DNA from: Balanoglossus misakiensis
Lineage: Eukaryota; Animalia; Hemichordata
Assembly: GCA_040954595.2 (NCBI GenBank)
Contig: CM082597.2
Coordinates: 7,279,849-7,343,848 of the forward strand
Direction: 5' to 3'
DNA length: 64,000 nt
The notes beneath the pieces were generated by a model that was not told the DNA's origin, searched no databases, and saw nothing but the letters and a program-made list of their open reading frames with translations. The translations under genes were made by a program, and so were the position numbers. Positions 53,701-61,043 of this stretch are shown here, in pieces. Numbering within the stretch: the first letter of the stretch is position 1; each line of letters starts with the position of its first letter.

Positions 53701-55783
53701 GTTGACTTCATCAATGAAGACTGTTTAGCAATGTCCAACGTCACAGAAGATTACTTGAGCTACAACAGCTCCGATGTGTCCACCGTTTTATTCCCGTGCG
53801 GGTTACCAATCCCTCACAGGGCCGACCAGCTGGCGTGGGTGTTCGCTGCAGTCAAGTATGTCCCGGATGTGGACTTCCATGGCGAAGATTCCTTCATGCT
53901 GAACGCTGTTGACCGGAGCGGTGCTCATTCGGACGTCATAACTGTCAGGGTGTACGTTCTGGCAAATCCGTGCTTGAACGGCGGTGTCTGCAACGGAACA
54001 GACTCGGATGCAGATTGCGCAAGCATGGATCGATCGAAGGGATTCGATGGTTACTCCTGTGACTGTCCACCTGGTTATATCGGAGAATACTGCTCTAATG
54101 ACCACAATGAGTGTGAATCCAATCCGTGCCCAGCTAACTTTACATGCATCAACCAGGTGAGACCCTAATGAATATGCAAATTTCGTTAAAGATTTCTGTT
54201 TCTATTGATATTAATAGTATGAAAAGTGATGTGTATGGGTACCTTGACACATATACATGTACCTAGTCCTGCATATCATCTGAATTCAAGCATTTTCATT
54301 TTGCTCCCAGATAAATTCTTTCGCGTGTTATTGTGAACACTTGGACTGGCCTTGTGGTGGTAGATTTTCCCCAACTGTCATTGTTGCCGCCTCCTGTTCA
54401 GCTGTTGTTTTTGCTTTGGTTGTCATCGCCTTATGGAGAATAATGAACTCAAAGAAACAGAAAAATCTCAAAGTAGCGTAAGTTTTATTATCAAATGTTG
54501 TCTTTCATGATATATCACATCTACTTCATCTCAAAGATGACCTCTTAATATGTTGATACAATAAAGTGTAATATTACGCAAACTTGTCTATTTCAATGGC
54601 CAGTGGGAAATTTTCACTTTTATCGCAATGTTCTGTAGCCCAGAAATCGATCACCTGGCGATGACCCTTGACCAAAACCCTGACAATCAAGGTGAGAGTC
54701 TCGAGTTGACCGGCAATAATAACGATGATGTCACTTCTGGCAAGAACGAAACGAAGACAACGGAAGACGAAATCGAAGAGGAAGTCGACATTGATGATAT
54801 CGAAGATGTTCAACATCTGCCAGACAAATCGGCAAAAGTAAGAAATTTAAAATTCTATCCATTTAACTAAAACAATGTTTCATTTTCTCTTTCAGTTATA
54901 AATTCATACTTGCGAGATAAATAATGTTCAATAATATAAAGTCTATTCACATAAAGGTGACCGAATATTTTATTTGTTTCTTTCTGGAAAATGATGCTTC
55001 TTATTTTGATTAGTTTGTGCACGATAGTTGTTTGGAAGTTGAAATTCATTTCCTATTTTATTTTAGCCATTGCAGGACGATGGTGACGCGTTGACCAAAG
55101 ACGAGAAACCGGAAATTGTGCCCATGGTACCTCAACGTTTTGGATTTGTGGACAGACCAATGATGCCGGTGAGCAATCTTTGTCTCTCTGTATGTTCGTG
55201 AGTGTGTGTTTGTGTGTGCCTATCTGCCTGTCTCACTGACTGATTGAGTGACTGACTGACTGCCTACATGTTTGATGACTGTCTCTATTTGTGTGTTTGT
55301 TTGTTTGTCTGTCTGTCACTGTCTTTCTTTCTGTCTGTCTGTCTGTCTGTCTGTCACTCTGTCTGTCTGTCATTCTGTCTGTCTGTCTGTCTGTCTGCCC
55401 GACTGTCTGCCTGACGAACAGACCGAACAACTGACTGCTTGCCTGCCTACTTGCATGTCTGTCTCTGTCACTGTATGTATCACTTTAAAACTCTTAATAT
55501 ATTGGATATTAGGAATTCAATTGTCAATATACACCATTTTCGACTGTATAGTCGGATTGACCAAATAGCGATCAGTTTCACAAGAAGCTGAATCAACTCT
55601 TTAAACTGTAATGGATGAATTATTTTGTTCATTATTCCGAAATTTGTTAGCCAAAGTTATTACTAGGTTAACTTTTCCCTTTTACAGCGACGCGCATGGG
55701 GACGAGCTGCTTCTTCCAGACCAGTTTCTAGAAACAAGGTGGCTCCCTTGATGGAATCGACATTGGTCCAAAAGCTTGAATAA
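2659..55783 (+). CDS. Giant multi-exon single-pass membrane protein (>=5,068 aa, 5'-incomplete): LLT/vitellogenin-N, M23/LECT2-like, FN3-like array, PAN, GH16-like, cadherin-like, EGF, TM
   Basis: Manually spliced exons (AG..GT, four GC donors): 2659-2698, 3391-3578, 4103-4209, 9130-9215, 9434-9489, 9707-9831, 10352-10436, 10787-11131, 11512-11658, 12000-12211, 12686-12810, 13342-13523, 14270-14415, 14770-15102, 15754-15896, 16138-16351, 16511-16677, 16878-17040, 17159-17293, 17922-18104, 18379-18547, 19885-20045, 20511-20652, 21130-21342, 21865-22013, 23085-23214, 23513-23631, 24106-24265, 25466-25536, 25988-26145, 26749-26959, 27505-27723, 28042-28248, 28761-29066, 29327-29450, 29593-29764, 29983-30077, 30602-30781, 31124-31304, 31863-32029, 32354-32527, 32787-32978, 33423-33602, 34039-34283, 34763-34887, 35298-35463, 35663-35825, 35967-36132, 36489-36763, 37065-37291, 37521-37730, 37959-38205, 38603-38809, 39328-39421, 39553-39816, 40210-40346, 40476-40736, 40966-41230, 41819-41948, 42114-42371, 42808-43011, 43350-43524, 43696-43847, 45418-45540, 45771-45954, 46151-46378, 46575-46726, 46965-47143, 47406-47535, 48054-48249, 48560-48735, 49020-49209, 49886-50053, 50256-50466, 50700-50779, 51382-51471, 51737-51893, 52240-52397, 52754-52845, 53059-54156, 54311-54477, 54639-54837, 55067-55168, 55688-55783 (stop TAA). 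The phases join into one frame, and the summed length closes in frame at the stop. The first exon starts in phase 1, so the start codon and signal peptide lie further upstream. Individual boundaries may be off, or small exons missed. Confidence 0.88.
3027..3360. mobile_element. MITE family A (long TIR, TTAA-flanked, Kolobok-like termini), copy 1
   Basis: GGGACAAAG..CTCTCGCTGCCC at the left end and GGCGAGAGAGAGACTTTGTCCCT-TTAA at the right; near-palindromic body. Confidence 0.85.
4250..4284. mobile_element. MITE family A collapsed remnant (termini only)
   Basis: TTAAAGGGACAAAGAGAGAGACTTTGTCCATTTAA. Confidence 0.65.
8130..8316. mobile_element. Short TIR element (TTAA-type)
   Basis: TTAA-AGGTATACAGTCACCT ... 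AGGTGACCGTATACCT-TCAA. Confidence 0.7.
12220..12490. repeat. Degenerate (GATG)n/(CAGA)n/(CAGG)n microsatellite tract
   Basis: Directly visible tetranucleotide repeats. Confidence 0.8.
13625..13897. mobile_element. MITE family C (PIF/Harbinger-like, TAA TSD), copy 1
   Basis: TAA-GGCCAAAAATAAAAAATATGTGCTGTT ... AACAGCACATATTTTTTTATTTGGCC-TAA. Confidence 0.85.
14770..16930 (+). CDS. Domain: amphipathic alpha-helical (apolipoprotein-like) region
   Basis: LVTQFDKVVDNVVGAIRDTMAKFAELL..., VVEQITEAIAAAKSAMELL and LKTYEAVSQVIENVKSGYETIKYGYEKAKSFL show regular 3/4-spaced hydrophobic periodicity over about 300 aa. Confidence 0.6.
15186..15542. mobile_element. MITE family A copy 2
   Basis: TAAAGGGACAAAGTCTC...GAGACATTGTCTCTTTAA; body homologous to 3027-3360. 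Confidence 0.85.
16701..16777. repeat. (TATG)n microsatellite
   Basis: Directly visible. Confidence 0.95.
16950..18040 (+). CDS. Domain: LECT2/peptidase M23-like, predicted non-catalytic
   Basis: Spliced sequence TDCGRGFYPTTRKGMPPGIDLEIRNGRVLVSPYTGNVTR...IIINHV...VFKGKQLGRVTQSGCTPNVIHLAM...YMDPTKYI. It aligns motif by motif with M23/LECT2 (H.G.D, APF.G, KG..LG, H.H, DPT.YL). Confidence 0.8.
17530..17873. mobile_element. MITE family A copy 3
   Basis: TTAAAGGGACAAAGTCTCTCTCTCGCTGCC ... GGCAGCGAGAGAGAGAGACTTGTAACTTTAA. Confidence 0.85.
18988..19721. mobile_element. 734-bp non-autonomous DNA transposon (TTAA TSD, Kolobok-like)
   Basis: TTAA-GGTGGCATTGCATGAAA ... TTTCATGCAGTGCCACC-TTAA, inserted in a degenerate (TGAC)n tract. 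No transposase ORF. Confidence 0.85.
22730..23049. mobile_element. Non-autonomous hairpin-bearing repeat, homologous to 862-1249
   Basis: Shared blocks with 862-1249; internal inverted repeat at 22918-23028. Confidence 0.75.
24325..24558. mobile_element. Short TIR element with TTAA TSD
   Basis: TTAA-CGGGAAGCGGTCGTCGCGCCGCGT ... ACGCGGCGCGACGACCCCTTCACT-TTAA. Confidence 0.75.
24597..24912. mobile_element. Hairpin-bearing repeat element
   Basis: Near-perfect inverted repeat at 24597-24739 (AGCAATAAAACACCCCCAGCCATGGTATACCACGAGA... and its reverse complement). Confidence 0.75.
27505..50779 (+). CDS. Domain array: about 19 fibronectin type III-like repeats
   Basis: Recurring unit D.TPP..G.V.DG....D..YQ......A.W..F.D.ESG+..Y...+G......D+......L..G..YY.TV.A.N.AGL....S.G..VD, for example at 32400-32978, 34763-35463, 37959-38700, 42330-43440 and 48560-49209. 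The count is by eye. Confidence 0.85.
28860..29345 (+). CDS. Domain: PAN/Apple
   Basis: TPTRCAQQCLPLSNCQSFNYDFGSSGRCELL...FYYFEK fits the C-x3-C-x5-C-x-SFNY-x7-C-x-L core. Confidence 0.8.
30145..30502. mobile_element. MITE family A copy 4
   Basis: TTAAGGGGACAAAGTCTCTCTC ... GAGAGAGGCTTTGTCCCTTTAA. Confidence 0.85.
31309..31616. mobile_element. MITE family C copy 2 (opposite orientation, TAA TSD)
   Basis: Homologous to the reverse complement of 13625-13897; flanked by TAA at 31306-31308 and 31617-31619. Confidence 0.8.
32547..32669. repeat. About 120-bp inverted repeat (hairpin element)
   Basis: AATCTGATTAAAATCAGATGTAAGGAACGGCGACGT ... ACGTCGCCGTTCCCTACGTCTGATTTTAATCAGATT. Confidence 0.8.
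32983..33302. mobile_element. MITE family C copy 3 (TAA TSD)
   Basis: Colinear with 13625-13897; flanked by TAA at 32980-32982 and 33303-33305. Confidence 0.8.
41386..41612. mobile_element. MITE family A copy 5 (truncated)
   Basis: ...TCTCGCTGCCCCTTTTCCATTAATTA...GATACAAGAC... homologous to the other copies; right end missing. Confidence 0.75.
43770..47143 (+). CDS. Domain: GH16 (lichenase/beta-glucan-binding) ConA-like fold, predicted non-catalytic
   Basis: LSVTLVRD...MYSGAL...GGKYRVDIMAASGDIAAVTSLVFWDGP, then LDFDPSQAWHSYRID...LELFADGRLM...IPK...KFIMSVWN...AQFRNIRF. This parallels Bacillus-type lichenase motifs (YGLYEVRMKPAK..GIVSSFF.YTGP; LGFDA...YHTYAFDW...WYVDG...IP...KIMMNLWN). Confidence 0.72.
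44320..44715. repeat. Diverged tandem duplication (about 197 bp x2) inside an intronic repeat
   Basis: ATGATCGCCGAAAC..G.G.ATTTTCAACATTC...CTCGCTATCGCCAGT...CGACCT occurs at about 44322 and about 44519. Confidence 0.7.
44875..45340. mobile_element. Hairpin-bearing repeat element
   Basis: Inverted repeat at 44881-45066 (ACAGAACTTCATGACCTCTGCGCGCGATCTGTGCAATATGGAT... and its reverse complement), plus a third arm copy at about 45205-45260. Confidence 0.8.
46020..46108. repeat. (TCTG)n/(TATG)n microsatellite
   Basis: Directly visible. Confidence 0.9.
47762..48021. repeat. (CATA)n/(CAGA)n microsatellite
   Basis: Directly visible, about 260 bp. Confidence 0.95.
53059..54355 (+). CDS. Domains: two cadherin-like/bacterial Ig-like repeats, then EGF and calcium-binding EGF
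   Basis: VNSPP...MPED...QADDSDYD...LSYKPCLDCFG...DVRSTNDNP; AFDPD..D.L...PQHG...YVPDVDFHGEDSFMLNAVDRSG; NPCLNGGVC...YSCDCPPGYIGEYC; DHNECESNPCPANFTCINQINSFACYC...C. Confidence 0.85.
54377..54436 (+). other. Transmembrane helix (type I topology)
   Basis: VIVAASCSAVVFALVVIALW followed by the basic stop-transfer segment RIMNSKKQKNLK. Confidence 0.85.
55180..55480. repeat. (TCTG)n/(TGAC)n microsatellite
   Basis: Directly visible. Confidence 0.9.
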
Positions 55784-55886
55784 ATGATAATGTCATTTGC
55801 TTAGTGATTCCATGAAAATGATTTGATATTTTACATTTTATCAACACTGGTACACGTTCTTAAGTATTTAGTTTTGAGAGATTAAA
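55779..55886 (+). promoter_or_regulatory. Candidate polyadenylation signals
   Basis: AATAAA overlaps the stop codon (55779-55784) and ATTAAA lies at 55881-55886. Which one is used cannot be told from sequence. Confidence 0.3.
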
Positions 55887-57223
55887 TAGCCATATCCTGA
55901 CAGCTAACCAGATAACATGTACATGTATATATTCTCGGTTGAACAATTTGAATTTCTGAACCACTATTGGGAATTTTCTATGTGTCATTTCTGTTTTATG
56001 ATTCGGTATCAATCCACGTTTATTTGGTTATCAATATGACATCAAGAGTAGATTTTGAAGAGCATATCCTGTTTCAAGTTATTTACAATACGTTTTTCAA
56101 CCAAAGTAAACTCAAGGAAAATTTGAACTTGGCGTGTGCCACAGCCCGCCTGATCGAAATACCAAAGTGTTGCCTTGATTTGGAATTATTCAAACACTCA
56201 GGTGTTATACATACACGGATGGTATATTCTCTTTTGTTAAGATTATCGCATAGTGTATCATATGTAGTATTTTGTGGATTTAATTTAACGAAATAATTGG
56301 ATAATAAACTGAAGGTGGTCCTCTTAGTCTAAGGCAGCGACAGCTCGTTGTTGAACTTCACCGGAGATTCCCCTATACATTTTTTTCTTTAATGTAATGT
56401 TTATTCAACTCAATTAACATACATTTTTACACATTCATCTGAAAAAGGCAAAACCCAACTTTACAATGTTTCTGTTCCTTATCAACTATTGAAAGGTGAA
56501 ATTTCAAACCCCAGCCCCCTCCAGGCCATGCCACTTATGCGCGAGTGCTTACTGTAGCCCCCCCCCCCCCCCACATCATCCACACGCAATAAATTTGACT
56601 TCGTTCACACCAAAGGCAATCAAATATTACTCACAATTTAATCGTCAAGAAAACTTATAAGAAAATAATTCAACGTTCCATTCATCGCAACGCATCAACA
56701 AAACGAGTGTTACCGCTTCACTATGTTCATAATAAGTAACATTGCGCATTGATACTGAATAACAGTACCAACTAACAGCGTGAGAAATAAATTTGCCTCA
56801 CCCCTAAACTTCATCCTAATGACAGTACTTTATTACGTTAGAAATAATTATAAGGAGTAAACTGGACTACGACTTGATTTTTCACTCATTTCAAGCATAT
56901 GTAAAAATGTTGGAATTTATAGTATTTTGAGAATAAGTTCCCATGATACAATATATACAACATGCAGCAAGTGGGGAAAGATGGGACTTTTATACACCGC
57001 AACTGGAAATACTGAAAACTGTCAAACAATTCGTGGGTTCCGAGTTACCGAAACAGGTCACCTTGGCCGCGTGAGGGCGTATCAATGACGTCATTATAAG
57101 TACAAAGTGCATGATCCGATGGGACCAAAATTCAAAATGGCGGCAGTGCATGTGTGATCGATCGTGATCACTTCTGCTTGCAACTCCGTACTGGCATTAT
57201 TTTGACAAAAAGACTTCCTGAAA

Positions 57224-57397
57224 ATGGTTAATTGGTTTTGTGCGGCTCCGGACTGTACTATCAGCTTGCGCAATAAAAGAAACGCCGCAAAATACCCTGG
57301 ATTGGCAGACGTGACATTTCATGCATTCCCAACTGAGAAACATCGCTGACTTCGCCAGCAGTGGATTTCCGTGTTACGTCGAAAGGATGCCCACTAG
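57224..57397 (+). pseudogene. THAP zinc-finger N-terminal fragment of a transposase
   Basis: MVNWFCAAPDC...VTFHAFPTEKHR*LRQQWISVLRRKD has the THAP motifs C-x4-C, FH.FP and R..W, with an in-frame TGA and truncation. Confidence 0.85.
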
Positions 57398-57774
57398 TCG
57401 CTTGGTGATTTTTGGAATATCAATACTTTGTGTGTGTTTGCGGTCTTTATTAATAATCTCAATATTGTGTGCGTGCTTGCCTTGAGCGTGTTTCTGGTAG
57501 TGAGGCGAGTTTCGAATTTGAGACTGATCTCATGGTTTCTGGTAGCGTCGCTACTTGTTCCCTACACATACGCGCTCACACTCGCTGACGTTTACTCCAC
57601 ACACAAAAAAGCAAAGCATTTATAATAGTTACATTTTTAGACATGTCATGAATTTTATTCAGCCAATAAAAATGTAACTGTGGCTGTACATGTGGTGTCT
57701 TTTTGATTCATATCTTAATGCTTTCACAAGAGTTTCACACATCACTCTACTAGTTTTAGAAGTACCATGAGTGA

Positions 57775-58030
57775 TGACTCTCACTTTTTGTTTCACTTTT
57801 GACATTAAAGAGGGTGTGACTGCAGAGAAGTGTGAAATACAAAATATGTTGTAAGGGAATATTGTATGTTAGTTGGTCAGTTGGTTAGTGAACTGGGGAA
57901 CTTGGTTTCGGTTAGTAGGTTAGTTGGTTAATGCAAACATTCCTTGATTCCCTTACAACATATTTTGTATTTGATCTCTCTACAGTCACAACCTCTTTGA
58001 CGTCATAAGTGAAACAAAAAGTGAGAGTCA
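57775..58030. mobile_element. Palindromic MITE nested in the transposon
   Basis: TGACTCTCACTTTTTGTTTCACTT...AAGTGAAACAAAAAGTGAGAGTCA; arms of about 90 bp around a (GGTTA/GTTA)-rich spacer. Confidence 0.75.
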
Positions 58031-58102
58031 CATGTCTTGTAAAATAAAAGTAAACAATACTAAGCTATACCCTGGTTATCCTTTTCACTATCAACAACAG
58101 TT

Positions 58103-59794
58103 CTATGTACAACTGACAACAATGTTAGTTACAATAAAATCCTCATAAAATGTAGAAAGTTTAGCTTCAGTTGTTTTCCCAAACAATTCATCGAAATATA
58201 TCCTCTCTATTGAAATGGCTTTTCTTGTGAATAACACAAAATCACACCATTGCAGTTTACAAGTAGCAAGTTGCATTTGTATTTGGGTATACCATTTTGA
58301 TGTCCTCCTCAAACACACTTTGCCATCTACATCCAAAAATACATGGTATTTGGGAACTCTAGGCTTGATATATCACATGGGAATATATTGCGGTGTTTGC
58401 TGGAACATTTGATTTCACACATTTAAAGCTGGCAATGATAGTGATTTTACTAACTAGCTATATTGGAGAATCTGTATCAGAAGCTGATATTGATTTTATG
58501 TCATCACTGACAGCTGATCAAAGAGATTATGAGGATTGGTATTTGTTTAGACAAGGGAGCGTTACTGCCAGTATTGCCCATGATATCCTTCACATGAAAG
58601 AAACTCGGGATTTGAATGACTACATAGTCCAAAAAGTTATGTCTGGCAGTCACAGGACAATACCTTTAACCCACATTGATTGTGGTATTAAACATGAACC
58701 TGTTGCTAAGCATTTATATCATGAGCAATACAAAAAGTTGCACCGGAAAGTGAAATTTCAAGATGTTGGCTTAGTCATCAGTTCTGACAAGCCATATCTT
58801 AGTTCAAGTCCTGATGGGAGAGGGTATCATGGGAGGACATCAAATGGTACCTGGATAATAGTTGGACACAGTTGGTCTTGGTGTGTCAGGCTCAGACTTA
58901 TCCTTTCTAATGTCAAGCTCATCTATTTCCATAGGAGTGGACTCTCTGCGGGGTTTATCCCACTTACAGGGAACATCAGTACCAACTTGAATATTTCTGT
59001 CTTTGTGGCGTCTATCGAAGTCGTTGATGCTAAACAACAATGCAACACAATGTTTGCATGTTCCATGCTCCCTGTAAAAAAAAAAGTCAGATACATGGTA
59101 AATGTTAACGCATGATTGCAGCTTTTTTGTTTATGCCTCTCTGCAGTGACTGTCAAATGAAAACTGAGGTATTCAAACCTAAAACGTCAATGCATCAAAT
59201 GGAGAATGAAATCATATTAACTATTTTCAAATATTATCTAATTTTGCAAATCCTGATTTACAGTCCTCAACAGCACTTTAAATTAGTCAACAGATACTGT
59301 TGGAAAAACATAGACAATTCTGTCAGACTCTACTGACAGTTTTCTCATCCAAACACACAAATAAAGCAAACCGAACTAAAAAACAAATGTCAAAATACAT
59401 GTATAACCATGGTTATTTCAACCCACCATTTCTATGTACCTAGTCACACTGGTAGAACTAAAAGCCACGGTGGATTAAAATGATAAAATTTATATAAAAA
59501 AATACTTACGCAACACAATTACAGCCTCAGAAGAGAATGGAGGTCGCTGACCCACTCGGTGATCGTCGCCGGATCAGGCAAAGTGATGTAGAATTGCTTT
59601 TGGCTGGGTCGCGATTGTCTGCTACCGTCCGCCTTTTTTTGCTCGAAATTTCCTGGTCACCAGGCTCTAGTGGCCGAACGTCCAGTTCTATAGCTAACTC
59701 CACTACCTGAATTAGTCTATCTTTCCTGGTATTACAACAAGTTATACCTCTTTCCGACAAAAACTTTCTCAGGTCAGGAACTTATGTAAACATG
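58103..59794 (-). pseudogene. SAP-like + SWIM zinc finger + YqaJ/lambda-exonuclease gene, disrupted and partly inverted
   Basis: On the minus strand: VPDLRKFLSERGI..RKDRLI, then GCNCVA|intron 59509-59072|EHGTCKHCVALLF (SWIM), TDVPCKWDKPR, CEIKC and WYTQIQMQL...WCDFVLFT...IERIYFD. The N-half of YqaJ (Q...W...RQGSVTAS, GIKHEPVA, GLVIS..PYLSSSPDG) lies on the + strand at about 58425-58822. Confidence 0.85.
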
Positions 59795-59997
59795 ACCTCA
59801 TTCAGGACCGGAAGTGCAGTGATCCCAACTCGCACGCCCTCAGGCGACAAGAGTCTATGAACTTTCTACTTTATTGAGAACTCGGAACCCGCGAATTAAT
59901 GACTGGTTCTTATGTAGGTGTTGTGATCGGACAACGGGGATTTATTTGGGGAATGTGGAGAAATATTTATATGATAGAAACTAAATAAGTTTCTTGT

Positions 59998-60521
59998 CAT
60001 GAATGGCATCCTGTACTTGTAACGCTGCTTATGGGTTGAAAATCAACTGCTACTTACTGCCAAAGTGGTACTAAAATGTGTACGTAATATGCTTTGAAGT
60101 TTTGGAAGAATTAGAGATTATTGCCGAATCGCATGACATCTTAATATCCGAATAATAAGATTGACAACCCCGAGTGAACACAAAGAAAGCACGAACAAAG
60201 GGTCGAAAAGTTAGCGTCTCCAAACACCATGAATGCGCTCATGCCGCCAGTTTGGAAATCTTTGGATCGACCGGTGGATAATTGTTTGTGCTGTTATCGC
60301 AAAAAAAACACGTATACTTATACATCGCAATTCATGAGATCACGTATATAGACATATTTCAAAGCCGCCACCTCTTTTATACACAGGGCAGTCATTGGGG
60401 GAGGGGACTGTGGTATGAATGGCATCCTGTACTTGTATGGATTCTTATGAGTTGAAAATCAAGTGCTACTAAAATGTGTACGTAATACGCTTTGAAGTTT
60501 TTAAGTTTTGGAAGAATTAGA
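59998..60521. repeat. About 110-bp dispersed direct repeat (59998-60120 and 60416-60521)
   Basis: ATGAATGGCATCCTGTACTTGTA...GTTTTGGAAGAATTAGA appears twice. Confidence 0.75.
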
Positions 60522-60528
60522 ATTGCCT

Positions 60529-61043
60529 GAAAATGCCTATTTAAGAACATTGGTGATTTCGGAGAGATAAATTACGAAAATTGTTAATTTTTAATGAGAA
60601 AATATCATCACATCGACTGAAAATAACACTTCGTCAGCTAGAACCTTGAGTAGTTTTGACTATGTATGGTGTAAAACGTAAGAACCAGGATTTTTCGGTA
60701 AGAACCACGGCAATGCATGAAAATGCCTTTTTAAGAACCTTGGTGATTTCGGAGAGATAAATTACGATAATTGTTAATTTTTAATGAGAAAATATCATCA
60801 CATCGACTGAAAATAACACTTCGTCAGCTAGAACCTTGAGTAGTTTTGACTCTCTAGGGTGTAAAACGTAAGAACCACGATTTTTCGGTAAGAACCACGG
60901 CTATGCATGAAAATGCCTATTTAAGAACCTTGGTGATTTCGGAGAGATAAATAACGATAAATATTAACTTTTAATGAGAAAAAATATCATCACATCGACT
61001 GAAAATAACACTTCGTCAGCTAGAACCTTGAGTAGTTTTGACT
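60529..61043. repeat. 190-bp tandem repeat, about 2.7 copies
   Basis: AAATGCCT.TTTAAGAAC.TTGGTGATTTCGGAGAGATAA starts at 60531, 60721 and 60911; the copies are highly similar. Confidence 0.95.

Larger units (their letters stand above)
57028..59897. mobile_element. Decayed two-gene DNA transposon (THAP transposase plus SWIM/YqaJ exonuclease; ISL2EU- or KolobokE-type)
   Basis: Inverted repeats AATTCGTGGGTTCCGAGTT (57028-57046) and AACTCGGAACCCGCGAATT (59879-59897) enclose a + strand THAP fragment and a convergent - strand SWIM/YqaJ gene. The DDE core is absent, so the superfamily cannot be fixed. Confidence 0.75.

Noticed and set aside
58393-59115. 240-aa plus-strand ORF as an intact exonuclease gene
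   Set aside because: Only the middle part is YqaJ-like and it lacks the EIK motif. Its flanks are antisense to the minus-strand pseudogene.
60529-61043. Regular repeats suggesting a CRISPR array
   Set aside because: The 190-bp units are repeated in full with no unique spacers, in a eukaryotic context.
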